Positions 1 through 13,099 of a stretch of 64,000 bases of DNA are shown here, one piece after another (positions within the stretch are counted from its first letter, which is position 1; each line of letters opens with the position of its first letter). The notes under the pieces were generated by a model that searched no databases, was not told where the DNA came from, and saw only the letters and a list, made by a program, of their open reading frames with translations. Made by a program: the position numbers and the translations under genes. The DNA is taken from positions 40,610,001-40,674,000 of the forward strand of contig OX597815.1 in the NCBI GenBank assembly GCA_951406725.2, in the 5' to 3' direction. The stretch comes from Octopus vulgaris (taxonomy: Eukaryota).

Positions 1-39
1 CAATGGACTGGCATCCGATTAGGGGAAATTCTTTTGTTC

Positions 40-357
40 TTTTACTTGTTTCAGTCATTTGACTGCAGCCATGCTGGAACACCGCCTTAGTCAAACAAAT
101 TGACTCCAGGACTTATTCTTTGTAAGCCTAGTACTTATTCTATCGGTCTCTTTTGCCTAACTGTGAAGTTATGGGGACACAAACACACACACACATATAC
201 AATGGGCTTCTTTCAGTTTCTGTCCACCAAATCCACTCACAAGGCTTTGGTCAGCCCAAGGCTATAGTAGAAGATACTTGCCCAAGATGCCATGCAATGA
301 GACTGATCTTGGAACCATGTGGTTGGGAAGCAAGCTTCTTACCACACAGCCATGCCT
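40..357 (-). mobile_element. tRNA-derived SINE with CORE-like block and CR1-like 3' tail (decayed)
   Basis: Same family as 37759-38121 and 46243-46619: ttgggcaagt block and tail cagcatggc..cagtcaaatgactgaaacaagtaaaag on the minus strand. Confidence 0.8.
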
Positions 358-519
358 CAGTCACTTATATGCCATGAAAACCAGAAAACCAGTTCTAGGA
401 CTCAAGATAGTAATATACTAATTACTATTTACTATAGAAACACCATTTAAGAGTATTGTCTTCTTGTAGTGCATCTATGACAATTTAACTAAATAGAACT
501 CCTCCTTCCCCAAGTAAAA

Positions 520-835
520 AGGTAAAGATCCCCTTTGGTCATGAATGACCATGGGATTGCACCTCCAAGGCACAAGTTCAGGCAAGGTTGTTTATAGAAG
601 ACTAGTAGTCACCCATGCATATCAGCCTCCCTTCTCCACACCACCAATATTATTCCAGGGAAAGGCAAAGGCCAATACAGTTTGGCACCAGTGACTCATT
701 TCTACAGCTGAATGAACTGGGGTAACGTGAAATGAAGTGTCTTGCTCAAGAATACAACACATTAACTGGTCTGAGAATCAAACTCACTACCTTATGTTTG
801 TGAGCCCAACACACTAACCACTGAGTCATGCTCCT
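520..835 (-). mobile_element. tRNA-derived SINE, second family (V-domain-like block)
   Basis: Minus strand has an A-box-like gactcagtggttag, a B-box-like gtttgattct and ttcttgagcaagacacttc. Related to 10165-10490. Confidence 0.6.
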
Positions 836-1545
836 TCCCCAGGTAGCACTGCAAGCTAAAAAAAAACACTTGTCCATTATAGCTTGAAATTCCCATGGTA
901 TCTTATGTCGAGTAATGTGATCTGGACTCATTAAAACTTTCGATGACAAAGACTTATTTCACTGAATTGTTCAGGGCATAAACAGTTTTAAGAATTAAAT
1001 ATTTCAAAATATGATACAGAGTAATGTTAGACAGAAGCTATGGATCCCTTTGGTCAGCAATTCAACACAATTACAACTTATCCAGCTGAAACTTTAAACA
1101 TACAGTTAAATATAATTCTATTCACTTCATTATAAGAATAGCAGCTTGACTTGTAGCTTTTCAGCATTGATTAATAAATATCTCTCAGTTTTAAACCAAT
1201 ATGTTCCCATTTTAAATCCAGCTGCATTCAAACCCTGAATATCTGCAACATGTGTTTCTCATATACAATTACAATCTATGTTATTGATTAACTACTCTAA
1301 CAGCAAACAAGGAACTGTAAACAATCTTTTTTTTCATCAAATATCTTTCCAGTAAGCACAATCATTATTTTTTTAAAAACTATATTATAAGCTATCATCA
1401 TTATTGTCAAACTTAAAAGTAGAGCTACCTAAGTGTTCATTGCTTTTTCTTTTATTTGAAGAGATATTACTTTAACTGGAATGCTTAGGGTGGATGTGTG
1501 TGTGTGTGTGTATGTATGTATGCATACATGCATGTATATATAGAG

Positions 1546-1700
1546 CTGATGTCCTAAGCACTGAGGCAATGGTAAAGGAAGCTTCATTTACATTGGACTG
1601 GATACCGTGTTTGGATTAATGATCAGAGGATTATGGTGGACTTGTTTATGGAAAGTGCCACCAGTAAAAATCAAGACTACAATTTAAGGATTGTGTAAAG
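1546..1700 (+). mobile_element. ancient RTE-clade LINE C-terminal fragment
   Basis: Frameshifted translation LHWTGY..NDQR..LFYG..QFKDCVK resembles the RTE LRWxGHVxRM..LFYGEL..RFKD region. Confidence 0.45.
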
Positions 1701-2782
1701 TCCCCTTTGAAGGCATATGAAATATAGGTCATTATGAAAAACAATGCTTGTCATCACCACCAATGGAGGTAAGCAGTAAAAGAGGACATGGGTATTTTTG
1801 AAACTATATGCATTTTTCATGCCAAATTTAAGTGAGTTGTTCAAAACACACTGCCAGTATAGTAAATGGGAGAAGCTTGGTCTGCAATATATGCAGACAT
1901 GTATGCTTATCAAGAGCTGGGCTTATTAGTCATCAAGGAAGTCTCAAGTGTAAAGTATAATTTTGTCTGAGTGTACAATGTTCTTACTGGTTAGTGATGA
2001 TCTTCCTCCTCAATCATGAGTTGATAGCCATCATGTACATATATTGTTTATGCTGGGAAGGCAGGAGCCTTATCTCAGTCAGAAATATTTTATAGATCTT
2101 GTGGAGCAGAATTAGAATCAATTGCTTGTAGTTTTTTTTTTTCATCCACAACTATACACACATCCTGGTTTTCTCCAGGATGTCTTACTCGCTAAACAAA
2201 CAAAAACATTGTCCTTGCTATTTGACTTTCTTCCCTTTTCCAAGAGATTTAGCAACATAAAAGCAAAGTCAAAACTGATTCAAGGATAAATCTCAACAGA
2301 GATTACTTTTACTACAAAATATCTAATATTTTCCCAGTAATATGTGCTAATCAGTGTCCACTGTCCTCTCAGAAATATAAGAGTAATTCTTTGAAAACAT
2401 ACTTTTCTAGTTTATTATTTTTTTTATTTGAAGATTTACATATGTCTAATTATTCTCAAAATATCATCTTACATCAGATGATATAGTAAACACCAGAAGC
2501 TAGCAACCTTTTTTCACCAGCAGAGCCTTTTGAATATTTCTCAACCAAGGCAATGCCCCAGCATGGCCACAGTCTAATGACTAAAATAAGTAAAAGATAA
2601 ATGATATTCCATACACAATTACTTTAAAACTTAAGATAGGACAACTATTACTCTGTGGGATATATATCCTGTCACAGGTGTCCAAATGCCTTGTGAGCCA
2701 TAAAATTCTCAGCTGATATTGATTTCTTTGGACTAGACACAAAGCCAGTATTAATAGGTGAGATATTATAATTAATTGAATA

Positions 2783-2945
2783 AACCTTAGTTTTCTACTC
2801 TTGGCACAAGGCCTGAAATTTTGGGGGGAGGGGGCCAGTTGATTAGATTGACCCAGTACACAACTGGTACCTAATTTATTGACCCCGAAAGGATGAAAGG
2901 CAAAGAATAAGAACATTACTGACAGGATTTGCTCTCAGAATGTAG
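2783..2945 (-). mobile_element. SINE fragment with Meta-like domain
   Basis: Reverse complement of gcctttcatcctttcggggtcaataaattaggtaccagt. Same family as 13100-13331. Confidence 0.65.
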
Positions 2946-3095
2946 AGACATCCTTACTAATTTAAAATCTACTGTGTCATGTACGAATCAGTGATGTAGC
3001 TAGAGTAAGACAGACTTCTTCCATGGCCACCCCCTCATCTATGCTATGAGCTTAGTGGATTTGATGTGTGATAATCCCTATTTATTTCTGTTGTA

Positions 3096-3659
3096 TTGGG
3101 TTGTCCAGAAAGTTTATGCCAATTTATAGTTGCTTACCTTTCGACTTATTTTAGAACATGGTTGAGTCCATGAAATAGGATTTGACTACACCTCCATTTA
3201 AAGCACAGTTTAAGCTATCTTTTCGTGGAAGGTTTATGTTCCTATAACCTGTGTTAATTCTGTAAGCCTTTAAAATGGAAGATAAGAAAGTCCATTTTTG
3301 GCACTTGATGTTTTGGGAACCGGACAAAAATTCCTGCAGCTCGGCTGGGATGTATTACCCCACCCTCCATATTCACCAGATATTGCTCCTTCAGATTTCC
3401 ACTTATTCAGGTCTCTGCAGAATAGTCTTAATGGTAAAACTTTCAATTCCTTGGATGACATAAAAAGATGCCTTGATGAATTCTTTGCCATGAAACCACC
3501 TCAATTCTAGGAAGAGGGTATTTTCAAGTTAAAGGAAAGATGGAGATGCATTGTGAAACAAAATGGTTCATATTTTGGTTGATTAAAAATGTAATGGCGA
3601 GTATTTATTGACTTTATTCTTTCCTTTAAAAATCGGCACAAACTTTCTGGACAACCCAA
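3096..3659 (+). mobile_element. internally deleted mariner element
   Basis: TIRs ttgggttgtccagaaagttt / aaactttctggacaacccaa, TA on both sides (3094-95, 3660-61), transposase C-terminus PHPPYSPDIAPSDFHLFRSL. Confidence 0.9.
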
Positions 3660-5297
3660 TATAAGATCCATTATTATGAGATTTGATCTCACCATTTCTT
3701 TCCATTTTTTTTTCTGTCTTTCTCTGTCCTTGAGCATATTCTGCTGTCAGCACACATAACACTTCTGCCCTTCACTTCCCATGTCCAGCTAGTGCAGCCA
3801 TCTCCTTTGAACACATTGGCTAATGATCTGTCACGTTGTCTGCCTTACCCAAGGGGATATAATCCACTTCTAAACCTGAGTTCCACAACCAGCACTCTTT
3901 ACAACACACATACTATAAACAGAAAGAGATTTACTGAAATCACCTGAAACACAAAAGCTTCTTCACAAAAAGTTCTTCCTTAAGATTCATAAATCTTTTG
4001 TTTAATTCCAGTATTGCACTTTGGTGTTCCAGTTTGCCTTTTATTGTAGAACATTATTTTCCTGTTCAGTTTGCAAAATCTGGACATTACCTCTTATTTT
4101 GTCTTCAATTTCAGAACTTTCTTTTTGTTAACTGATTCTAAACTGTTTTCAGGATTCATTTGAGTGGATTTCTATCCACCCTCATCAAAATATTCTAATT
4201 CTTGTAGTACTTTTGTAATTGTGAATATTTTATGCTTTTGACTTCTTTGTCCCGGCATGCCTGGCTGCAATGAGCTTTACTTTATAGTCAAAACAGAAAG
4301 AAAGAAAGAAAGAAAGAAGCCAGGAAAATAATTCTAAAGAAAACCTTATCTCCAAGTAGTCATTTATAAACAAACTAATACCATAGTTATGACCAATCTT
4401 TATTCTGATAAGCTGATTTATTTTTGAATTGACCAGGTGTTTTCCCATTCCTATAATATGGGTAATTTGACAGAGTACCAGCTCTAAAATTCCCAATATG
4501 CTGGAAATACCAGCCACTTCCTTGCTTCCTTGAGCTCTTTATTTCATGCAAGCTAATATATCACTCAATGAATTATACCTGATTATTTCTTTCTAGCTCC
4601 ATTGATTTTCCACAGCTAATGTCCATCTTAATATTATATAGCTTGCACTCCTTACATAGTCTTCATACACATTGACTCTTATGCAGAGTAGAAAACTCTT
4701 TAATGCTAACAGAACAGTTCCATGATCTTCCACTACCTCATTCCCACACTAGTACTATACTTTCATGTTTGTTTGTTTGTCTTGATTTTTTTATGGTAGA
4801 ATTAATCCGAGCTTTGAGTGCCTTGGGCAAACTACATTCTAATTGAAAGCATTCAGGCTAGGTTTTCTGTCTGAGGATAATTTCCAGCCTGCCACTCATC
4901 AGTCTCAAAAGCTCTAAGAAAGGTCTAGGGCATTGCCTTTTCTCCTTTGATTTAGTAATATATTAAATAAATTTAAAATAGATTAAAAACATTTGAAATG
5001 CTTGTTCTATGTCAGTCTAACAGATATTTCACTGTATCCAGTATGTATCCAATGTCTGCATTGAAAACATAGTACAAAATTCCTACCTACCCTGTTTCTA
5101 CATATTCTATATATATCATATGAGGTTAATTCCCATGATAGCACTGTTCTCAGTTACAAATTAGAATATTATGCCTTTGGACTCCAGGCAATTCTTCCTG
5201 GTTTGGAATATTTTCAGTTGCTTAACTGATTCTACTATTAAAACTTGTTCTGCTTTAAGAACTAAATGAATAAATGAAGCTGACAGAAAACTCTAAA

Positions 5298-5442
5298 TCA
5301 TCATCATCATCATCATCACCACCACCACCACCACCACCACCACCACCACCACCAACACCACCACCACCGCAACCACCACCATCATCATCATCATCATCAT
5401 CACCACCACCATCACCATCACCATCAACATCCTCATCATCAT
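5298..5442. repeat. compound (CAT)n/(CAC)n microsatellite
   Basis: Seen directly. Explains the poly-S/P and poly-D/G ORFs. Confidence 0.95.
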
Positions 5443-5469
5443 GCATCTGTATGCTAGATGTAGAGGTTA

Positions 5470-6010
5470 AGATATGAGGGGTTGAGCAGGTTCTTGTTAC
5501 TCACATTTAGAAGGGAGAGTACAGCAGTGAATTTAGAGTTCAGGTAGGAGTTCATCAAGGTTCAGTTATCAGTTCCCTCTAATCTATCATAGTCCTTCTG
5601 GCCATAGCGGTTTCTCATAGGAACTCCTCTATGCTGGTGATCTTGTTATTACAGCTGAACATGTTGAAGAATTAGGATTAAAATTCCAAGTATAGAAGCA
5701 AAACCTGGAATCAAAAGGTCTTCAGGTTAATCTAGTGAAGACTAAAGTTCTAATAACAGAAAAACAGACAGAACTCCAATCCCTTTAGAAAAAAGGCCCT
5801 GTTCCATCTGTTGACAAGGTGTAGGTAGAAATTCCATATGGTGTGCTCAGTGCAAATATAGACACATGAGAGGTGCAGTGGAACCAAGGAAGGTTAAGAG
5901 AGAAAATAGAATTTGCTTGTGGCAGATGTGCAGGAGCAATAAATAATAACAGCACATGGGAAATAGATGTTCTGAAATGCCCAAGAGGCTCCATAGAAAT
6001 AGTGAATAGA
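5470..6010 (+). mobile_element. RTE LINE RT fragment (decayed)
   Basis: VGVHQGSV..ELLYAGDL..LESKGLQVNLVKTKVL. Same family as 30659-31432. Confidence 0.8.
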
Positions 6011-6179
6011 AAGGTATGTTCTCAAGAAAATTCAGCAAACGCCAGAGCATAAGCGAGCAAAACATGAAAAGAAACAAAATTTTCTTGAAAACATTCCTTT
6101 CTTAGTGGTAAGACCATAGCGGATCTACTTCTAGCATAATGGATGTCCACTTAGTGGTCATCCCTCTTATATGTATGTA

Positions 6180-7330
6180 TACGCCAGCTGAATTCAATTC
6201 GTCCCCAGTCGAAAGACACCTGTTATTATTATTTTTATTGTATTTTTTTGTATTTTGTATTTATATTTGTGTAACATCGTCTGTTTTTCCGTCCTTGTTT
6301 TTGTATACATTCGATGCTTTCTTTCAAGGAATCTAATGCTCTTAGCTTAGTTTTTCCTTGTGGCTGGCCAGATTGGAGCAATCTCAAGATTAATCAGCCG
6401 AAATTGCAAGGATGATCCGGTTCTTGACTAAGGATAGAAAGCTTCAAATGATCTGGATGTTTTGTTGTCCCTTTTTGTATCAACTAGTTGTCCGGATGTT
6501 TTGCGTTCTTGTCCCATTTTGTATTTTATATATATATATATATAGTGGCGTACATACACTTTGTTATCTTATATGTAAGTACACATTCTACTAAATTTTG
6601 TATGATTCTATCAACCTCTTCACACTTATTTGTTCATTCCACTCTTCGTTCTTTCTTTCCCCCTCTTTCACATTATTTTGCCTTCTTTTCTTACTTGCTT
6701 TTCACTTCACTATGTCCCTGTCATTTTTTCTCACCCCCCTTAATTCTTCTGTCCATCTGCTTCTACAACTCTCTCTCTTCTCTTCTCCCTCCTTAATTCT
6801 TTTGTTCCTGTTTTTCTCTCTCTTCTCTTTTCACATGACCAATAGACCAGACTGCTAGCCCTCTTTTTGTATCTGACCACAGTCAGTGCAACATCGATAT
6901 TCTTCCCTGTGTTTGTGATAGTTTTGTATCTCTGCTGTAAGGCTTCATTTCCACACATACCAGCTGAATTCAATTCATCCCCAGTCAAAAGACACCTGTT
7001 GTTATGTCCTGTTATTATTATCTTTATTGTATTTTTTGTATTTTGCATTTATATTTGTGTAACATCATCTGTTTTTCTGTCCTTGTTTTCATATACATTC
7101 GATGCTTTCTTCTCTGCTCTTAGCTTAGCTTTTCCTTGGGGCTGGCCAGATTGGAGCAATCTCAAGATTAATCAGCCAAAATTGCGAGGATGATCCGGTT
7201 CGTGACTGAGGATAGAAAGTTTTGAATGACACATCCTTGTTTTTTGTATCATCTATCTGGATGTTTTGTTGTCCTTTTTTGTACCACTTAGTTGTCCGGA
7301 TGCTTTGTGTTTTTGTCCCATTCTATATTT
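6180..7330. repeat. partial tandem duplication: ~350-bp units at ~6180-6530 and ~6958-7330
   Basis: cagctgaattcaattc..aaagacacctg..gctggccagattggagcaatctcaagattaatcagcc..gtccca occurs twice, each copy ending in (TA)n. Confidence 0.85.
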
Positions 7331-7332
7331 TA

Positions 7333-7373
<41 letters not shown>

Positions 7374-9169
7374 ATATATATATATATATATGTGTGTGTA
7401 TATATATATATATATTAACACAAGTACTTCAAGTGTGCTTGTGTATGTGTGTATTTTTTAATTTCAATCTTTCTCTTTAGTGAAGCGTCCCTTAGCATAA
7501 TAAGCATGAAATATCCATGTTGACTTGTATTCAGTAGCTGCCAATCCTTGTATACAGAACTCAACTATATAAGGTATGTAAACTATTCAGTAGTCTATAG
7601 GACAATCCCAATTTAATGAGGATATTATTAGTGTCAAGTTGAGATGCTTTATTTAACAACAGATGTTGTTGTAGTGGATGCTGTTGCTTAGCCCCTGGTC
7701 ATCTCTGATCAAAAAACCTTATGATCAAAGAAGGTGAAGCATGAGCATCCTTCTTTTCAAACATAATTCACTAAGACTGAATATATCTTTATCTGCTTTT
7801 TTTTTATAATTTGTCACGGTATTGATAAATGGAGATTTGACTGCTATTTCAAGCAGGTCAAGAGTCTGTTTAGTGGCACCTTTATTGTCTCATAATTGAA
7901 GGAATAATTATATGAGGTGACAATCCTGCTTTATAGAGGATATAGATATTACTGTGTTGAGATGCATAACTCAACAAAACAATTGATAATAAATTGTACC
8001 ATATCTGTATAAAAGATAGTTAATTGTTCACAATCCCAACATGCTAAAAGTACAATAGACTATTGTGTATAACACTTACATACAATAGCTTTTGTTCAAT
8101 AGTCAAGGCAGCAACCATTGCATATTGATAACAAAAATAAGTATCCAATGCTCATTACAAAGTATTGACTATTTAAATTTTGTCACTAATCATTAAATAC
8201 GTGTGTGTGTCAATATATATATATATATATATATATATCTACACACACACACACACACTAACACACACACACTAACACACACACACATACTAGACATAGT
8301 GATCTGTTGGGTTGCCGGGGGAGTCTGATTTTCCCAACAATGGTGTTTTGTTTCATGGGTTTTTTTTTTCTATTCCATGTTATTTTGCATGCTTTCAATG
8401 AATGTGACATTGAAATCAAGCGTAAACGGCTCCTTTCCCCAGAAAAGGAGAGATTTGGCTGCTATTTCTTGCATACCTTGCTACCACGTAACAGGTATTT
8501 CACTTCCTTTATCACAAATAGCTGTTACATGGTAGGAGAGCATGCTACAAATAGCAGCCAATTCTTTGGAGATAAGATATGTTGAATGCACTTCAAAGAA
8601 ACCTATGGAAAAAAATTATTTCACACCGAGGTTATGAATGTGTTATTTACAAAATATTTACAGTATTTTTAAAGTCATTTTCACTTTAAAATATTTTGCC
8701 TATCATAATGTGTCTAATGGATAGATTAGAGTTTCTTCTCTTTCAGGGTGAAGTTATTTTCAGAGTATTTTCCCATTATGCACCGTTTTTGGTATTTATA
8801 CCCCACAACCCCGAATATCTCAATAACTACTGGTCCAATTTATGTGAAACTTGTTTTATTCTGTTCATATTCACATTTCAGGGGAACTTTACTGTCAAAG
8901 TATTTTCCCATTATATGCCAGTTTGGCTGCGTAACATTGCAAGCAAGCAATCAAGATTGAATTTCACTTTTAGTAGTATACAGATATGTGTGTAAGTCAT
9001 CTAAGAGACCACAAGTCAGGGAAAAAATGCACTTGTATATTTGTCAGTAGAGTGGGTATATTATCCGAAATGTATAGTATTAAATATCCCGGATTGTTAC
9101 CTAACATTCCATTGTATTCTTTATGCGAAACTGATTGATAACATCAGCCACAATGGATATTTAATACTC

Positions 9170-9208
<39 letters not shown>

Positions 9209-9914
9209 AATAATTATCATCAATGATATTAATATGCCAACTTGTTCTTTTTTGTACATACCTGTGTGTCCCACTTAATTTAAAGAAGTGAGTGGCAAAG
9301 TGAGAGCCACAGAGGGGACAGAGAGGAAGTAAGAGAGAAAGAGAGAATGAGAAACAGAGTGAATGAAAGAGAAGGTGAGTGATTACAGCATTCATTTTGT
9401 TTTTAAATGTTTCAGCAAAGAAGTAAGAGAGAGAGAGTGAGAGAAAAGAGAGAGAGAGAGTGTGTGAAAGAGACAGTGAGCGGTGACTGTTTAGCAAGAA
9501 AAGTAGATACATAAATTGAAAGAAAAGTTGATACATAGATACATACACACATTGTTAAATTAAAAACGGGAGAGAGGAGGGACACAGAGGAAGTGAGAGA
9601 GACAGTAGATACGTAGATTGAAAGAAAAGTTGATACATAGATACATAGACCCAGTAAATATTGGATGTCACTTTCACTTTTCATTACCACATGAGGATAA
9701 AATTAAATCGCAAGTGGTTAAGTACTTCGCAGACTTGCATATCATTAACGTTCTCAGAGGGATTCAGCCTCACACAGAATATGACAAAGCTAGCCCCTTT
9801 GAATTACAGCTACAACTCCTTTTGGCTAGATGAGTGGACTGGAGGAAGACAAACCCTCATGTGGTTGGAAGAAAATGAAAAAAGATCCTATATAGAGGCA
9901 GGAAGATATTTTTA

Positions 9915-10070
9915 AACATTAAGGTCACTGTGGATGTTAATCCAGTCCTAACAGCAGCATTTGTGGGTCTCACAGATCTAGAGGCCAAGCCCCCAGATAA
10001 ACACCGATGCACAGGCTGTTGTCATCAAACTGAGCATGAGTCAAGGGCAAATACATGATGGAATGGCAAT
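9915..10070 (-). mobile_element. CRE-clade-like non-LTR retrotransposon fragment
   Basis: Minus translation FDDNSLCIGVYLGLGL*ICETHKCCC resembles the LDDxxLRIxVxLRLG..CxxHxCxCG segment preceding the REL endonuclease. Confidence 0.45.
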
Positions 10071-10164
10071 TATTTTGTCTTAGCTTTCACTGCTTATACT
10101 AAACACATGACATTTTTGCCTTACAATATGGAACATTTCCTTTTCTTTCACTCTTTTTTTAAAA

Positions 10165-10490
10165 TGGCACTGCATCGGTTACGATGATGAGGTTCCTGTT
10201 TATCTGATTAATGGAACAGTCTGCTCATAAAATTGATATGTAAGTGGCTGAGTACTCTACAGACATGTATACCATAAGGTATACATGTCTATGGAGATTC
10301 AGCCTCACACAGAATGTGACAAGGCTGGTCCCTTTGAATTACAGCTACAACTCATTTTTGCTAGCTGAGTGGATTGCAGCAAGGGGAAGTAGAGTACCTT
10401 GCTCAAGAATACAGTACACCACGGGAAATCATACTCATGATTTTATGATCATGGGCCGAATACCCCTAATTACTGAGCCATGCAGCTTCA
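10165..10490 (-). mobile_element. tRNA-derived SINE (family of 43051-43412)
   Basis: Tail tggcactgcatcggttacgatgatgaggttcc matches the 43385-43410 tail in reverse; ttgctcaaga block. Confidence 0.65.
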
Positions 10491-11076
10491 CACTCTTAAC
10501 TGTAGAGAAAAGAAGTGAAGCATTAGAGGACAGAGAAAGGAAAGCATCAGTCATTTACAATGACAATTGGACTGAAATACAATTGATCTTTTCTAGCTTC
10601 TTTACTTTTGAAGAAGGAAAGACATTTAGTAATGAATAGAGTGAAAGTCTTTAAGGTGATTACGTTTTTATTCTGGGAGTTCTAGAACGATCGAGTGTTA
10701 GTTTTCTCTTCTTTCCCCCACTCCCAGTACTTATTCGCCTTCTTTCATAGTTCTTCATGTCTTTTCGTTGGCAGGGAAAGACCATGTTTTTTTGTAGGCA
10801 TGTTTAATGTTTTCTCTATGAACTACAAGCAAGCCTCCCTACCTTCCTATTTTTTTTTATCATACAAAAATTAATGCAAATTTTGAATGGGGTATAGCTG
10901 TGAAAAGAGCCCAGAAAATTGGGTAATACCCCCTACAAAATGGGTGAGGGAGAAAAGTTGCCAAAAGGTGGCTACATGAAATTCAACTCTATACTTTAAA
11001 AAGTGGCTTCAACTATAGCCTTGGGCTGACCAAAGCTTATGAGTGAATTTGGTAAACAGAAACTGAAAGAAGCCTG

Positions 11077-11114
<38 letters not shown>

Positions 11115-11163
11115 GCAACAGAAAAGAGGAATTTTGATTATCTCCACATGGTGAGTTGTAATG

Positions 11164-11619
11164 TATATAAGAAATTTAAAAAAGGGAAATACGCACACTT
11201 ACATAGTTTTAATATAATTTTCAATATATCGACCAGTTTTGCTATCACTATTCATGATATTATGTTTTACTTATTTAAATATGTATTTTTTGTTAAGAAG
11301 AAATTTTGTCCATGTTGTGTGTGATGAAATTCACGAGTGAATGGGTTCACAGGTAGATAAATAAAGGGAGGTAATTGATTATCCTCCCTTACCCACAACA
11401 ATAACAACAATAATAACCAATTATCTCCCTTTATTTATCTACTTGTGAAGTCATTCACTCGTGAATTTCATCACACACAACATAGACAAAATTTCTTCTT
11501 AAGAAAAAAAACATATTCAAATAAGTAAAACATAATATCATGAATAGCGATAGCGAAACCGGTCGATATATTAAAACTATGTAAGTGTGCGTATTTTCCT
11601 TTTTTTTATTTCTTATATA
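11164..11619. repeat. long inverted repeat (~210-bp arms) with an HHR in each arm; probable Penelope-like terminal foldback
   Basis: Arms 11164-11382 and 11413-11619 are near reverse complements and are flanked by (TA)n. Confidence 0.85.
11535..11569 (+). ncRNA. minimal type I hammerhead ribozyme, A3-U8 core variant
   Basis: ATATC ATGAATA GC-GATA-GC GAAA C-CG-G TC|GATAT: perfect 5-bp stem I, 2-bp stem II, palindromic ACCGGT stem III, GUC site. Confidence 0.6.
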
Positions 11620-12092
11620 TATATATATATATATAAATATATATGTATGTATATATATATATTATGTCAGGTTGCTCTTGAGCGCTACTGATAACATGTA
11701 ACCCAGTGCAACCTGTTGCATGGTCGGGTTGTCAACGCTAAACTGGCAACCCCACTAAGTTTTCTTGGTGAGGAGGGTGATTGTTGGACACTCTGCAGGA
11801 CAAAAATAAGACCTGTCAAAGGGCAGAAGAACTCCTGTGTAGTCAACAGTCATCCAGCATTATGCATACATTGGTGTGTGTGTGTGTGTGTGCGTGTGTG
11901 TGTACATGTGCGTATGTGTATGCATGCATGTGTATGTTTGTGTATATATATAATTTTTTTAATTTTTATATATCTTTTTATATATTTATATATCTTTTAT
12001 ATATTTATATCCTTTTATTTTATTTTATTTTATTTATTCATCTATATATGTTTTTATTTATTTTTATATAAAGATGAAATTTTTTATAAAAG

Positions 12093-12424
12093 CAAATAAA
12101 TTATAAATTGTAAAGCTCTAAAAGAAATGGCAGATGCCAAAAACCTACATATATGTTTCGATTCATGACCCTAGGTGACATGTAATTCTAAGCATTTGAG
12201 TAGGGTCATATGCTAAGAATTGGTATATAGGACAGAATCTCATCAGGGCTTTATGAGCTTACGAGATTCTGCCCCATATAGTTGAAAATAATACCAATTC
12301 TTAGCATATTACTTTACCCAAATGCTTAGAATTACATATCACCAGGGGACATGAACTAAAACATATATGTAGGTTTTTAGCATCTGCCATTTCTTTTAGA
12401 GCTTTACAATTTATAATTTATTTG
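12093..12424. repeat. inverted repeat (~150-bp arms) next to a Penelope-like fragment
   Basis: caaataaattataaattgtaaagctctaaaagaaatggcagatg.. mirrored by ..catctgccatttcttttagagctttacaatttataatttatttg. Confidence 0.85.
12140..12252 (-). ncRNA. type I hammerhead ribozyme with extended stem II
   Basis: Minus: AAAGCC CTGATGA GATTC-[70 nt]-GAATC GAAA C-ATATAT-G TA|GGTTTT. Intact core, 6-bp stem I, GUA site. Confidence 0.75.
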
Positions 12425-12649
12425 TATTGTTTCTCTAAAAAAATCCAAACACTACTGGCCTGAGACCTCTTTAAAATATGGAGGGGGAAAAGCCTTGTTT
12501 TTAAGGGTAAAACCCTAGGTGATTATCTCTCTTTGCCATTGTCCATTAATCTTCAGCCACGCTACCATCTTGCAGTCACCAAAATGCCATGAAGGTAAAT
12601 GATTGTCTTCCTTTGGCCTTGGCTATTGGTTTCCAGCTGTGGTGTCACC

Positions 12650-12912
12650 ATGCAGATTCCAAAAAGCCAGAAATTTTTTTCTAAAATGCAAGCATGGCCT
12701 GAATATCTCTGTCCTGGAGTTCAGGATGCCCTCTGGCATGAATGCATCTTTAAGGATCCTCGTACATTCAGCAATGCATTATTAGTACCATTTTATCCCG
12801 TTGATGTAGGCGCCTGGGTTCTCAAGTATTTTCCATGCGATCAAGTATGGAATCTCTTCATCTCGTAATTGCCAGATATGGCTGGCCAGTAATGTCACAT
12901 ATCTCCTTTCTG
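12650..12912 (-). mobile_element. Penelope-like element, GIY-YIG endonuclease C-terminal relic
   Basis: Minus: TLLASHIWQLRDEEIPYLIAWKILE..Y..CIAECTRIL..ILNSRTEIFRPCLH, the typical PLE endonuclease tail. Confidence 0.75.
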
Positions 12913-13099
12913 GGCAACTGCTTCAGATCCTACATGAACAACCCGCATTTTCCTGTGTCCTAGGGGCGCTAACTAGAACGCTCGTTGCCTGGTAGGAGGC
13001 CCAGTAGGAGGCTGCTGTGAAACCGAAAGGATCGTGTATCAAACTGAGTTTCTAGCACGACATACCTTTAACACCAGCAGAAACAATAACAGCTGTTAT

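Noticed and set aside
4868-4908. Minus-strand CTGATGA..GAAATTATC
   Set aside because: Stems I and II mismatch next to the core; likely chance.
7481-7573. Exon-like AG..GT segment
   Set aside because: Stops in all three frames; no evidence of transcription.
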